Virus record (IMG/VR): IMGVR_UViG_3300029319_000066
Coordinates: 1 to 54,454 of that record
Source: a virus
Lineage: Duplodnaviria > Caudoviricetes
Strand: one strand, 5' to 3'
Length of the DNA stretch: 54,454 nucleotides
Program-made: the position numbers and the translations under genes
The notes under the pieces: generated by a model
What the model was told of the DNA's origin: nothing
Database searches by the model: none
Seen by the model: only the letters and a program-made list of their open reading frames with translations
Part shown: positions 1 to 8,872 of the stretch, one piece after another
How positions within the stretch are numbered: the first letter of the stretch is position 1
Layout: each line of letters starts with the position of its first letter

Positions 1-95
1 ATTATCGTCAGAAAAAGTTACTGCTGAATTGCCTGTTGATGTGCCTGTACCAGAGTTGTAAAACTTTAAATCTCCGTTTGCATTTACACCTAAAC
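1..95. repeat. Terminal 95-bp direct repeat (copy 1), most likely circular-assembly overlap
   Basis: Bases 1-95 are identical to 54360-54454 and lie inside an ORF that reads through the junction. Confidence 0.95.
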
Positions 96-2709
96 CCCAA
101 CCCTCATTTCCAGAATTTTCCTCAATGTTTAAAGCAACAGCATTATTTGAACCTGCAGTTTTTAATCGCAAAGTTGCTAGAACAGCAGTTGTGACATCTC
201 CTAAATCTAAGCTCTCCGCACTCGCATCCCAGAAGAACTTAGGCGTTGTGCCTGTGTCCTCATAGAAGGATATGTTGCCACCGCCTGATATTTTTATTCG
301 TTGTTTAAGAGAGTCTGTCCCTGTATGTGTATAAAAACCAAGACCAGCACCACCACTAACATAAGAGCCTATTGAGCCTAAACCTGTATCAGTTTCAAAA
401 TGTAATTGTAAACCTGATGTTGAGGGAGTTGTATCAAATGAAGAAGTTACACCATCCACAGTCAGCCCATCAGCCGTTACAGTGCCAGTAACATCAACAT
501 TACCAGTATGCGTTTGCTGTACATACTTCGCATCAGACTGCGTTTCTGTTAGGTGATCAGCTAAGGTAAATGTTCCGTAAGCAACAATGTCTATAATATC
601 GTTTACAGCAGCACCACTTGCTAATGTAATACTTGTACCATTAGTAGCAGTAAAATCTGTACCATTTAATAATTTTACACCATTCATGTAGACATCTACG
701 TAGCCAGAGTCATACGTAGCTGAAAATACAGTCTGACCTGCACTTGATACTGTATAGGTTTGTCTGTCGGAAGTTCCGTTTACTGAAGAACCTGCGTTAG
801 TCCATCCAGAAGCAGAGTAGACTTTCATAGCCCCTGCTGTAGTATCAAAGTACAATGCTCCAATTACTAAAGCATCACCATCATTATCTACTGTTGGAGC
901 CGAAGATTTTGCACCTAAGTACCTGTCATCAAAGCTATCATATGAAGCTGCGGCTGAGGTAGCACTAGATGAAGCTGAAGTGGCAGAAGTACTTGCATTT
1001 GAAGCACTTGTAGCCGCGTTAGTTTCACTAGTTGCGGCATTGGTAGCTGATGTAGCCGCTGCCGTAGCACTTCCTAAAATACCATCGACATAAGTTTTTG
1101 TTGTAGCATCTGTACCAGAAGTAGGCGTACCCAATCCTGTAATTTTATTAGTACCCATAGCTAGATTACCAGACATTGTATCGCCTGATTTAGCTACGCG
1201 AGTATCTCTCTGTGTATCAGTATATGTCTTAGTAGAAGCATCCTGTGCAGCTGTAGGATCACCAAGACCTGTGATCTTAGATGTACCCATTGCGATAGCA
1301 CCACTCATAGTTCCACCTGCTAGTGGAAGCTTAGTGGCTATAGAATTTGTTACGGTAGTCGAAAATGCGTTGTCATCATTTAAAGCCGCTGCAAGTTCGT
1401 TTAACGTATTCAAATTTCCCGGTGCGCTATCTACTAAGTTTGCAACTTGAGTATCTACGTAACCTTTCGTAGCTGCATCGGTATCGTTTGTTGGAGAAGT
1501 TAAATTCTGAATAGTAGCTGTTGTACCAGCATTCATATTCAGCGTACCATCAATGGTAACATTGTTAAATGAAGATGAGCCAGAAGATGTTACATTACCT
1601 GTAATATTACCAGTAACATCTCCTGTGACATCACCCGTTAAATTTCCTGTAACATTGCCAGTTACTGTACCTGTTACTGTACCAGTGTAACCGCCAGAAG
1701 CTGACAAAGTAGTAAAAGCACCGCTAGAAGTTGAGCTAGACCCAATAGTAGCACCGTCAATCGCGCCACCGTTAATATCAACTGTAGCAAGTGTAGCTTG
1801 ACCTGAAGTCGAGATTGTAGTGAATGCTCCTGTAGCAGACGCATTCGCTCCGATATTTGTTCCATCTATTGCGCCCCCGTTTATATCTACGGTGGCTAAG
1901 GTAGTCGTTCCCGAAGCTCCTAAATCTGTGAATGAACCTGTAGAGGGAGTAGAAGCTCCTATAGTAGCGTTATCTACCGTACCACCATTTATGTCGGCTG
2001 TAGCCGCGACAAGGCTAGTGTTTGCATTAAGGGTAGTGAACGTACCAGCTGCAGGGGTTGTTGTACCGATAGTTGTACTATCGATAGCACCAGAGTTTAA
2101 ATCTATTGAGGTAATAACAGTTGTTCCAGAAGCAGACAGATTTGCCACTGTGACATCACCTGTTACTCCTAGTGTAGAACTCAGTGTTGTTCCACTAGTT
2201 ACGGTAAGAGTACCGCCTACAGTTACATTTCCAGTAGCTGCGATACCACCACTTAGGAACAAATCTTGAAAGCGTTGGGTATTAGATCCAAGGTCTATAG
2301 TGTCAGTAGCAACAGGAAGTATAGCATTTCCGCTTTCTACTTGAACAAGTTCACGCCAAACGGCTGCTCCTGTGGCACTTCCTACACATATATAAATACG
2401 GCCTGTAGTTGTATTTTCCCATAAAGAACCGGGTGCATAGCCTTCTGTATTATCGTTAGTTACAGCAGGTGTTGTAGTGGCATCCATTTTGTTTGCACCA
2501 CCCATACCACCATTGGCTTGTGGCAAATATCCTGACACCGAAGTTGCTAAGTTTATTTTAGGAGAATCTCCTGTTGCACCTGTGTGACCGTGACCAGTAC
2601 TTGCATTAAATGCTGCTAATAGTTGGTTAAACTCCGCATTGATCGGAGGTGCGGTAATAGGTGATCCGTTTATAATACTAGCAGTTGACTGCCTTACATA
2701 CCCTGCCAT
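1..2709 (-). CDS. Long tail fibre, N-terminal 903 codons (continues across the junction at 54359 down to 53160; ~1302 aa total)
   Basis: ATG at 2709 (MAGYVRQSTASIINGSPITAPPINAEFNQL...). Contains G/T-rich GNVTG repeats, an Ala/Ser/Thr-rich segment and NISFYEDTGTTPKFFWDASAESL. Frame spot-checked and in frame with 53160..54200; not in the ORF track because it crosses the window edge. Confidence 0.85.
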   Translation of the reverse strand, partial: MAGYVRQSTASIINGSPITAPPINAEFNQLLAAFNASTGHGHTGATGDSPKINLATSVSGYLPQANGGMGGANKMDATTTPAVTNDNTEGYAPGSLWENTTTGRIYICVGSATGAAVWRELVQVESGNAILPVATDTIDLGSNTQRFQDLFLSGGIAATGNVTVGGTLTVTSGTTLSSTLGVTGDVTVANLSASGTTVITSIDLNSGAIDSTTIGTTTPAAGTFTTLNANTSLVAATADINGGTVDNATIGASTPSTGSFTDLGASGTTTLATVDINGGAIDGTNIGANASATGAFTTISTSGQATLATVDINGGAIDGATIGSSSTSSGAFTTLSASGGYTGTVTGTVTGNVTGNLTGDVTGDVTGNITGNVTSSGSSSFNNVTIDGTLNMNAGTTATIQNLTSPTNDTDAATKGYVDTQVANLVDSAPGNLNTLNELAAALNDDNAFSTTVTNSIATKLPLAGGTMSGAIAMGTSKITGLGDPTAAQDASTKTYTDTQRDTRVAKSGDTMSGNLAMGTNKITGLGTPTSGTDATTKTYVDGILGSATAAATSATNAATSETNAATSASNASTSATSASSSATSAAASYDSFDDRYLGAKSSAPTVDNDGDALVIGALYFDTTAGAMKVYSASGWTNAGSSVNGTSDRQTYTVSSAGQTVFSATYDSGYVDVYMNGVKLLNGTDFTATNGTSITLASGAAVNDIIDIVAYGTFTLADHLTETQSDAKYVQQTHTGNVDVTGTVTADGLTVDGVTSSFDTTPSTSGLQLHFETDTGLGSIGSYVSGGAGLGFYTHTGTDSLKQRIKISGGGNISFYEDTGTTPKFFWDASAESLDLGDVTTAVLATLRLKTAGSNNAVALNIEENSGNEGWGLGVNANGDLKFYNSGTGTSTGNSAVTFSDDN

Positions 2710-2712
2710 CTG

Positions 2713-4398
2713 TTATCTTCTCCCTGCGGTTGTAAATTCAAAGACCATACCCTGTATGGAAAAAGGTTCTGTCTGACCGACAGTCACAAAAGTAGCCTGT
2801 GCGGAAAAACCTGATCCCTGAATATCGCTGGTCATTATTGGCTTAGACGAACCACCATAAAGTACGTTTGTCGCGTTGTAGTTAATGTTTCTTCCCCCGT
2901 ATCTAGTTGGTGCGCCTGTTGAAGTTTGCGAGTAAGTTGAGGGAACTTGCGTATCTGCATCTCCCCAATCATACGTCATCGAAAGTAGTAACTCTAATGG
3001 ACCTTCAGCCCTGATAAACGTATTTATTTTTCTCATTGTTTTTCGTTCTTCGGTTTCACCGAAATCCAGATATGGAGTAGAATAAATGCCTACTATATCT
3101 GTTCCATTGAACGATGTTCCATTTTCTTGTCGGTAGACCCGTCCATCGTAATCGCCATGAAGAATAAACTCAGTAGTTCCAATATATCCACTGGTACAAC
3201 AAGAAGCTCTTATCCCTAGTAACTCTCCAAATTCCCAAGCTATTGTACCTGAGCTATTAGTTAGTCCACCTATAATTCCAATACTATCTGCTGCAAAGTT
3301 GCTATCATCACCAATAAAGTACCTAATTTGAGACTTTGATCTAATGACCACCCCATTGAGTGTGTCCATATCTTGGTTAGCAATAATATCAACTAATGTT
3401 GCTTGAATAGGTTTACTAACAGTTTCTAATTCTACGTCACCTATTCTAGATGTACCTGCTACTGGCCTAAAACCGTCAGGACTTAAAAACATTAAGTCAC
3501 CGCCAATTTCTAGTACACTGTCTCTAGCTACGCATCCTACGTTAGCTGTTACTTGGTCTAGAGCGAAAGCATTAGAAGCATTTACGCTTATTTTTTTAAT
3601 CGCGTTTGTACCAAAGACAAATAAATCATCTCTAAATGTTTTAATTTGTACGACATCAAATCCTGCCGCTAATTGTCCTGCTGAGGCACTTACGTTAAAG
3701 TCATAAAACCCATCTGGGTCGGCTGTAGAAGTCGGGGCAGAGTGAGCTATTGCTGCTCCAAAAGCCGTGTCTCCAGCGAGGAACAAATGGTTTTTAAAAA
3801 CACTTACCAAGCTTGGTGCATTTATGCACTGATCTCCACCGCCTGTATTTGTACCACCTGCAGTAAAACCACCAGAATTTGTAGATTTAAGTTCTTCCCA
3901 ATTAGCTCCATCAAAAACAATGGCTGGATTTACGCCATCTACAAAACAAATTTTATTTCCTGTACCAAAATTAAAAGTAACGTGTCTGAGTTTTGTAACA
4001 GTACGACCACTAAGGGTCATTGGTCTGGTAACTGAATAATCTAATGTATACTTACGCCAACCTATGAAAGCTGTATAATGATAAAAACTATAATTGCTTC
4101 CACTTGCATCTTGCCTAGCTGCTATAATTTTAGTTGAGGATGTTACGTCATCTTTAAATATAGCAAGACCAAGTACTTTTCCTTGGCCTGTTGATGAACC
4201 AGCTACGGTAACTTCACCATAATCAGTATCATATTCATCAAATCCTTCTATACGGCGATAGCCACCAAAAAGTGATGGCTCATAATTCACTAATCTTGTA
4301 GCTGATCCGGGTGCATTGTCCGACAAATCCAAATGATTTTCGTTACTATTTAGACCGCCACTACAGATTACTTTGTAGGACTCTATTCTGTCAGGCAT
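2713..4398 (-). CDS. Tail tubular protein B / nozzle (beta-propeller)
   Basis: 561 aa; N-terminal GGLN...GGYRRI and GCVARDSV...DLMFLSPDGFR motifs; lies between adaptor and tail fibre genes. Confidence 0.75.
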   Translation of the reverse strand: MPDRIESYKVICSGGLNSNENHLDLSDNAPGSATRLVNYEPSLFGGYRRIEGFDEYDTDYGEVTVAGSSTGQGKVLGLAIFKDDVTSSTKIIAARQDASGSNYSFYHYTAFIGWRKYTLDYSVTRPMTLSGRTVTKLRHVTFNFGTGNKICFVDGVNPAIVFDGANWEELKSTNSGGFTAGGTNTGGGDQCINAPSLVSVFKNHLFLAGDTAFGAAIAHSAPTSTADPDGFYDFNVSASAGQLAAGFDVVQIKTFRDDLFVFGTNAIKKISVNASNAFALDQVTANVGCVARDSVLEIGGDLMFLSPDGFRPVAGTSRIGDVELETVSKPIQATLVDIIANQDMDTLNGVVIRSKSQIRYFIGDDSNFAADSIGIIGGLTNSSGTIAWEFGELLGIRASCCTSGYIGTTEFILHGDYDGRVYRQENGTSFNGTDIVGIYSTPYLDFGETEERKTMRKINTFIRAEGPLELLLSMTYDWGDADTQVPSTYSQTSTGAPTRYGGRNINYNATNVLYGGSSKPIMTSDIQGSGFSAQATFVTVGQTEPFSIQGMVFEFTTAGRR

Positions 4399-5087
4399 TA
4401 ATACTTAATCCGTGTATCTCTAATACTAATTTCATTATTAATATAAAGGGTTTGTAGGTCTTTAATGCCACGTTCAAAAGCTACGTAAGCTCCTTGAGCA
4501 GCTTCAATATTATCTTTAAACATATACATATGATAAACTGCGCCATCGATTAATACGGTATCATAGGACTCTGGAATACGTGTGACATCAGTTGCATTTG
4601 TGATGTCAGAAAAATTCATAAAATATCTAAATTTAAGCGTATAGGCTTTATCAGGGGATGGAGTTACGCCATAGCCATTACCATGACCTTGAAAAATAAA
4701 ATCTGGTATTCCTCTACCAGACGTTCCAGACGCATAGTCTTGATCACGATGATCAGAATACCATTCGTCAACATCAATATGTTTTAAATGCTTAAAACTA
4801 GCTCTTAGACTACTATCTTCCTGTATCTGAAAACTATTAAAATCTGCTATTTTATAAAAAGAAGGCCAAGTATATTCTTCTTGGCCCACAACTAAAACTT
4901 GAGTATGTTCAGCAGCATTAAAGGGCCATCCAAACTCAGCTTGATTGATCTTAGCTAATCCAGCTTTGACCGCATCTTTTACTAGGGCTTGAACGCCACG
5001 AACCGACCCAAAGTCGGCTTCCGAAATTTCTACTTCGTTTAAACGCCGTAGCGTTTGGTTACATAAATCTATGTAAGTAGTTGGCAT
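4398..5087 (-). CDS. Tail tubular protein A / head-tail adaptor
   Basis: 229 aa; TYIDLCNQTLRRLNE N-terminus, WPF motif and P-P-D-x-x-Y motif; directly downstream of the MCP. Confidence 0.75.
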   Translation of the reverse strand: MPTTYIDLCNQTLRRLNEVEISEADFGSVRGVQALVKDAVKAGLAKINQAEFGWPFNAAEHTQVLVVGQEEYTWPSFYKIADFNSFQIQEDSSLRASFKHLKHIDVDEWYSDHRDQDYASGTSGRGIPDFIFQGHGNGYGVTPSPDKAYTLKFRYFMNFSDITNATDVTRIPESYDTVLIDGAVYHMYMFKDNIEAAQGAYVAFERGIKDLQTLYINNEISIRDTRIKY

Positions 5088-5108
5088 AAATAACCCTCAA
5101 TAGAGTGA

Positions 5109-5129
5109 GGGGCCAGTATTACCAGCCCC
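5109..5129 (-). terminator. Hairpin downstream of MCP (probable partial terminator/stabiliser)
   Basis: GGGGCTGG-TAATA-CTGGCCCC on the minus strand; weak U-tract. Confidence 0.55.
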
Positions 5130-5142
5130 CCAAGTTATTATA

Positions 5143-6204
5143 TTAAGAAGCTAAGTTGTAATTAGCTGTGAAGATTGCTTCTGGTCGAAGTATCTTCCTG
5201 CCGTAGAGTTGCATTCCTCTCACAATATCCGCAAAGGTTGTTGGTGATCTGAATGTTTCAGTCTTGGCAATTTGCTCCGCAGTAGCAACCGCAGAAGCAT
5301 GACCAGCAACGATAACACCGAAGTTTGTTTCAGAACCTGTACTTAGAATTGTTGCAGGTCCGTTGCCTTCGTATGGAAGGTTATTAGACTTATAGACTGA
5401 GAATCCGCGAATGGTTCCCGGTAATTTACCGTTTCTCATTTCGCCATCTCCACCGAAGTCGCTATTAATTAGCTTGCTCGACTCGTCCATTAAGACTTCT
5501 GCAAACACTGGGTCAACAACGATCCACCTACCGTCAGTGTCTACGTTGGCTTGGTCCATTCTCCTCTGGATGCTATTCATAATCGCCAATGGAGAAGTAA
5601 TACCACTTGAGCCACCGCCTACGGCAACTGGAATAGAAGTAACTTCTGAAGCTACACCAAGGTCAGAGCCACCGAAGTCGGTGATGTCTAACTTGTTATC
5701 TGGTAGAAGTTCGTCATTATCCGCACCACTGTTAGCTTTAGTACCATTCACGTCACCAGAAGCAGAACGCCTTGCCCATGAGCTAGGTGTTTTCCAACCA
5801 GATAGATATCCAAGTACTTCTGCATCGAAAGTATCACGCAGTTTGTAACCTGCTCTATCGGATGCTAAGTCCTGAAATGATACGTGGCTGTGAGCTTCTT
5901 CGATGTCATCAATCGCAAATTGGAAGTAATTTGCTTGATCAACAACCATTGTGAAGTCAGCGTCAGTGAGGTCTTGAGTAGCCAACGTAGTACCACGCTC
6001 GTATGTGGTGATTGTGATGTCTGGCTCTTTTATAATTTTCACTGAATCGCCAAAATTAGCGATTTCGCCACTGTAATCAGTGTTTGTTATTGCATCTACA
6101 ACAGATGCGGTTCTGAAGGCTTTTTGAACCTTCTTGGAATAGATAACTGGTGAAAAGTTACCTGAGTTCAGGTTTGTATAACCTGATGCCTGTGGAAATG
6201 CCAT
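5143..6204 (-). CDS. Major capsid protein
   Basis: 353 aa; FSPVIYSKKV, GEIANFGDSVKII, FAIDDIE and FADIVRGMQLYGRKILRPEA motifs typical of this podovirus coat family; SD AAGGAG. Confidence 0.9.
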   Translation of the reverse strand: MAFPQASGYTNLNSGNFSPVIYSKKVQKAFRTASVVDAITNTDYSGEIANFGDSVKIIKEPDITITTYERGTTLATQDLTDADFTMVVDQANYFQFAIDDIEEAHSHVSFQDLASDRAGYKLRDTFDAEVLGYLSGWKTPSSWARRSASGDVNGTKANSGADNDELLPDNKLDITDFGGSDLGVASEVTSIPVAVGGGSSGITSPLAIMNSIQRRMDQANVDTDGRWIVVDPVFAEVLMDESSKLINSDFGGDGEMRNGKLPGTIRGFSVYKSNNLPYEGNGPATILSTGSETNFGVIVAGHASAVATAEQIAKTETFRSPTTFADIVRGMQLYGRKILRPEAIFTANYNLAS

Positions 6205-6410
6205 GATTAAAGTCTCCTTATTTGAAATGGCTTAAAATAAACTTCTAAAACTCATCTAGAAGTAGCTAGATCAGACAAGTAAACAATAGTGTCAGCTTGA
6301 TTAGAGTGTCGCTGAAAGCGGTTCCAAACGCACTGGTAGACTTTGTATTATTATCTGGAGGGTTTGGGTGTACTAAATAAGTGTCCGTACCCAGTTAATT
6401 CAATGGTTTC

Positions 6411-6439
6411 ATTGTAACACATTGAGTTAATTAATGCAA
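6411..6439 (-). promoter_or_regulatory. sigma70-like promoter for MCP
   Basis: TTGCAT-17 bp-TACAAT; palindromic operator at 6444-6457 just upstream. Confidence 0.6.
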
Positions 6440-6464
6440 TAGTTAATTGCGTAACTAATTGGTT

Positions 6465-7235
6465 TTAACGTGCAGCACCTGAAATGTCGTAAGCAAAATT
6501 GCCAGACTGAATAGCCGCTGTAATAGCTTCTTCATTTTTTTCAAATTCTTTATCCGACATCTTTTGCACCATACTTTCAGAAAATTGAATTTTATTTTGC
6601 ATAGGTGGCGTAGATGCAGATGCTTTATTAACGGCTTGAGCAGCAGATTTACTTGTTTTCCTTTTACCTGTATCTGCTTTGTATAGATCAATTGTTCGAG
6701 CAGCCCATTTTGCATCAGTATTATTTTTATACACACTGTCTTGCAAAGCCATAGGTTGTAATGCAACCCAGTCATGGAACTTGCGATCTTGCCTTATTTG
6801 TGCAAAGTCAGGATGCAATTTCATAAGTTCTTGCTCCGCACTTTGTCGATGTAAACTTTTTTCAAACTTTTCGACTTGCTCAAGACGTTTTTCACCTTCG
6901 GCAAGAACTTCATTAGCTCTTTTTCTAGCGATAGTATCTACAATCTTGGCAACGTCAGGATACTTCTTACTCCAAGCGTCAACTTCTTGATCAGTTTTAG
7001 GAAATTTTATTTGTTTGCGAGTAGCAGAGTCTAACTGTGCTTTAATGTCAGCTATTTCTTTATCCTTTTGATCACGTATATTCTGTATGTGACGCTGAAT
7101 ATCTTGATAGCGTTTTTTATAACTTAATTCTTCAGCATTTAAGTTTTCAACAGGCTCTTGCTGTTGTGCCACTTCTTGGCTGTAGGTTAAATTATTTTCT
7201 GGCTCAGGAGCGCGAGTATATTTTTGTTTTTTCAT
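6465..7235 (-). CDS. Capsid scaffolding protein
   Basis: 256 aa coiled coil; YKKRYQDIQRH, HPDF and MSDKEFEKNEEAI motifs; immediately upstream of the MCP. Confidence 0.8.
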   Translation of the reverse strand: MKKQKYTRAPEPENNLTYSQEVAQQQEPVENLNAEELSYKKRYQDIQRHIQNIRDQKDKEIADIKAQLDSATRKQIKFPKTDQEVDAWSKKYPDVAKIVDTIARKRANEVLAEGEKRLEQVEKFEKSLHRQSAEQELMKLHPDFAQIRQDRKFHDWVALQPMALQDSVYKNNTDAKWAARTIDLYKADTGKRKTSKSAAQAVNKASASTPPMQNKIQFSESMVQKMSDKEFEKNEEAITAAIQSGNFAYDISGAAR

Positions 7236-7275
7236 AATAGTTCCTTTATGGGTCCGATAATATTCGGGTATCCAA

Positions 7276-8841
7276 TTATACCATGAATGCTATTTTTTGT
7301 TTTTTAAGCAGACCGGGTAGGGGTTGTAATACAGGCTCTATCTCTTCGATGTCCTCTGTATCGTCTAATTGATCATCTACCTCTACGGTAGCGATCTCTA
7401 TATCCATCTCTTCAGATGGAATTTCTGAGGATGTTTCGATTTCCTCTTCGGCTTCTTCTTGTTCGGTATAATCTGTATCCGATACTTCGGAGTCCTCAAC
7501 TCCTTCGCTACTGGATTGATTTTCTGTATCCGCATATTGAATTAGCCCATCCATTTTCATAGCCATGAGACCCATCTCAGCCTCAGACTGCATTTGTTGT
7601 ATGTGTTTTAAGCCGTGCCACTTAACTACGTGCGCTGGGAGTACGTATTCGTCCGTACTTAGCTTGGCATCTATATCATCACGCACATTTTCAGGAGAAG
7701 AGCCTAGAGGTACTGGATTACCGCTTACATCATCATAGCCCATAATTCCTTGGTCTTCGCACGTACAGTCTTGAACACTTGAGCATCCACAAGGAAAATC
7801 GGAATAACCCATACCGCCATGAGCCATTTCTACTATTTCATTTTTTTGTACTGCATCCGCTATTTCTTTTTCTCGTACCGAAAGCTCCCCATCGTTATTT
7901 GTGTCTGCCTTCTTATCGTCACGTTGAAATTTTTTAGATGCCATTGTTTCCCCCTCTGGTGTGGTAATTCCTTTTCTGGCAGTTGCTATACCGCCTAATG
8001 CAAAGCCTTGATCTTCCATAAAATAATTACTGAGTACGTTAATATTGTGTGAGCCAAATAAATCAGTCACTGGTTCTTGATTTTCGTAGCCATCATAAAA
8101 AGTATGATTGCCAATTTTTAATGGGTTTGCTCCCTTGTAGTATGTTCCTCTAGCCTTAGTTTTCTTTTCATTTTGAAAAAAAGTACGACCTTTGGAAGCA
8201 TCTTCACCTAACTGAATATAATCAGTCATTTCTTCCATTCCGCGAAGTAATTGATCTTCTGGAACAGGTATTTTTTTTATGCTACCGTATTTGCTTACAG
8301 GCTCAAACTCACTGCCTACTAATACTTCATCAATTGTATTTCCAAATCTGTCGGAACGAAGCCTATTAAATATAACGCCCCTTACAGCATCCCGTCCTTC
8401 AACACCCTCAGTATTTGCTTCAGCCCAAACAACACGTTCAATTTTTTCAAGATCTTCTAACGTAAGATTTGTTTGAGGATTTGGTCTTTTAGCTGGCATT
8501 GCAGAATACATTAGAAGGCCACCTTCAGACATTTCTTTTTCTTTTAATTTTTCCCGTGCTTCTTCAGCCGTTGTAACTGGGTCAAATTCTAAATGTATTT
8601 CTTTATCAAATTTTTGTGCGTCTTCTTCTTTATAAAAACTTTCGTAAACGCCTTCGTCTAATGATCTTTTAATAGCTTCTTCTAATTCAAGAAATTTACC
8701 ATCCCAAACCGTAGGAATTAGATACGTAATCCCATCCATTTCTACTGTGGCAGTTTTTACTGTAGAAAGGCTACCATCTTCATTTTCTATTGCTTTACCG
8801 TCAGCAATATTTTGATAGTAATGCCTTGTAATAGCGTCCAT
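7276..8841 (-). CDS. Multidomain head-region protein: unknown N-domain, SleB/Hydrolase_2 cell-wall hydrolase, EF-hand, DDIxAxLSxxEYV domain, acidic tail
   Basis: VWAEANTEGVEGRDAVRGVIFNR...IGNHTFY (Hydrolase_2); DTNNDGELSVRE (EF-hand loop). Start probably M21 of the 541-aa ORF (8841); possible internal start at 7944 after GAGGGGG. Confidence 0.7.
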   Translation of the reverse strand: MDAITRHYYQNIADGKAIENEDGSLSTVKTATVEMDGITYLIPTVWDGKFLELEEAIKRSLDEGVYESFYKEEDAQKFDKEIHLEFDPVTTAEEAREKLKEKEMSEGGLLMYSAMPAKRPNPQTNLTLEDLEKIERVVWAEANTEGVEGRDAVRGVIFNRLRSDRFGNTIDEVLVGSEFEPVSKYGSIKKIPVPEDQLLRGMEEMTDYIQLGEDASKGRTFFQNEKKTKARGTYYKGANPLKIGNHTFYDGYENQEPVTDLFGSHNINVLSNYFMEDQGFALGGIATARKGITTPEGETMASKKFQRDDKKADTNNDGELSVREKEIADAVQKNEIVEMAHGGMGYSDFPCGCSSVQDCTCEDQGIMGYDDVSGNPVPLGSSPENVRDDIDAKLSTDEYVLPAHVVKWHGLKHIQQMQSEAEMGLMAMKMDGLIQYADTENQSSSEGVEDSEVSDTDYTEQEEAEEEIETSSEIPSEEMDIEIATVEVDDQLDDTEDIEEIEPVLQPLPGLLKKQKIAFMV

Positions 8842-8872
8842 ACAGAATACCAATGCTAAAATAATTATGACT

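Noticed and set aside
1-95. 95-bp terminal repeat as a biological DTR
   Set aside because: It lies in the middle of an uninterrupted tail fibre ORF, which is typical of an assembler overlap
1580-1690. 12-bp tandem repeats (also 52400-52455)
   Set aside because: They encode ordinary GNVT/GDVT fibre shaft repeats
1674-2269. ORFs 1674..1865 and 1820..2269
   Set aside because: Alternative-frame and antisense shadows of the tail fibre gene
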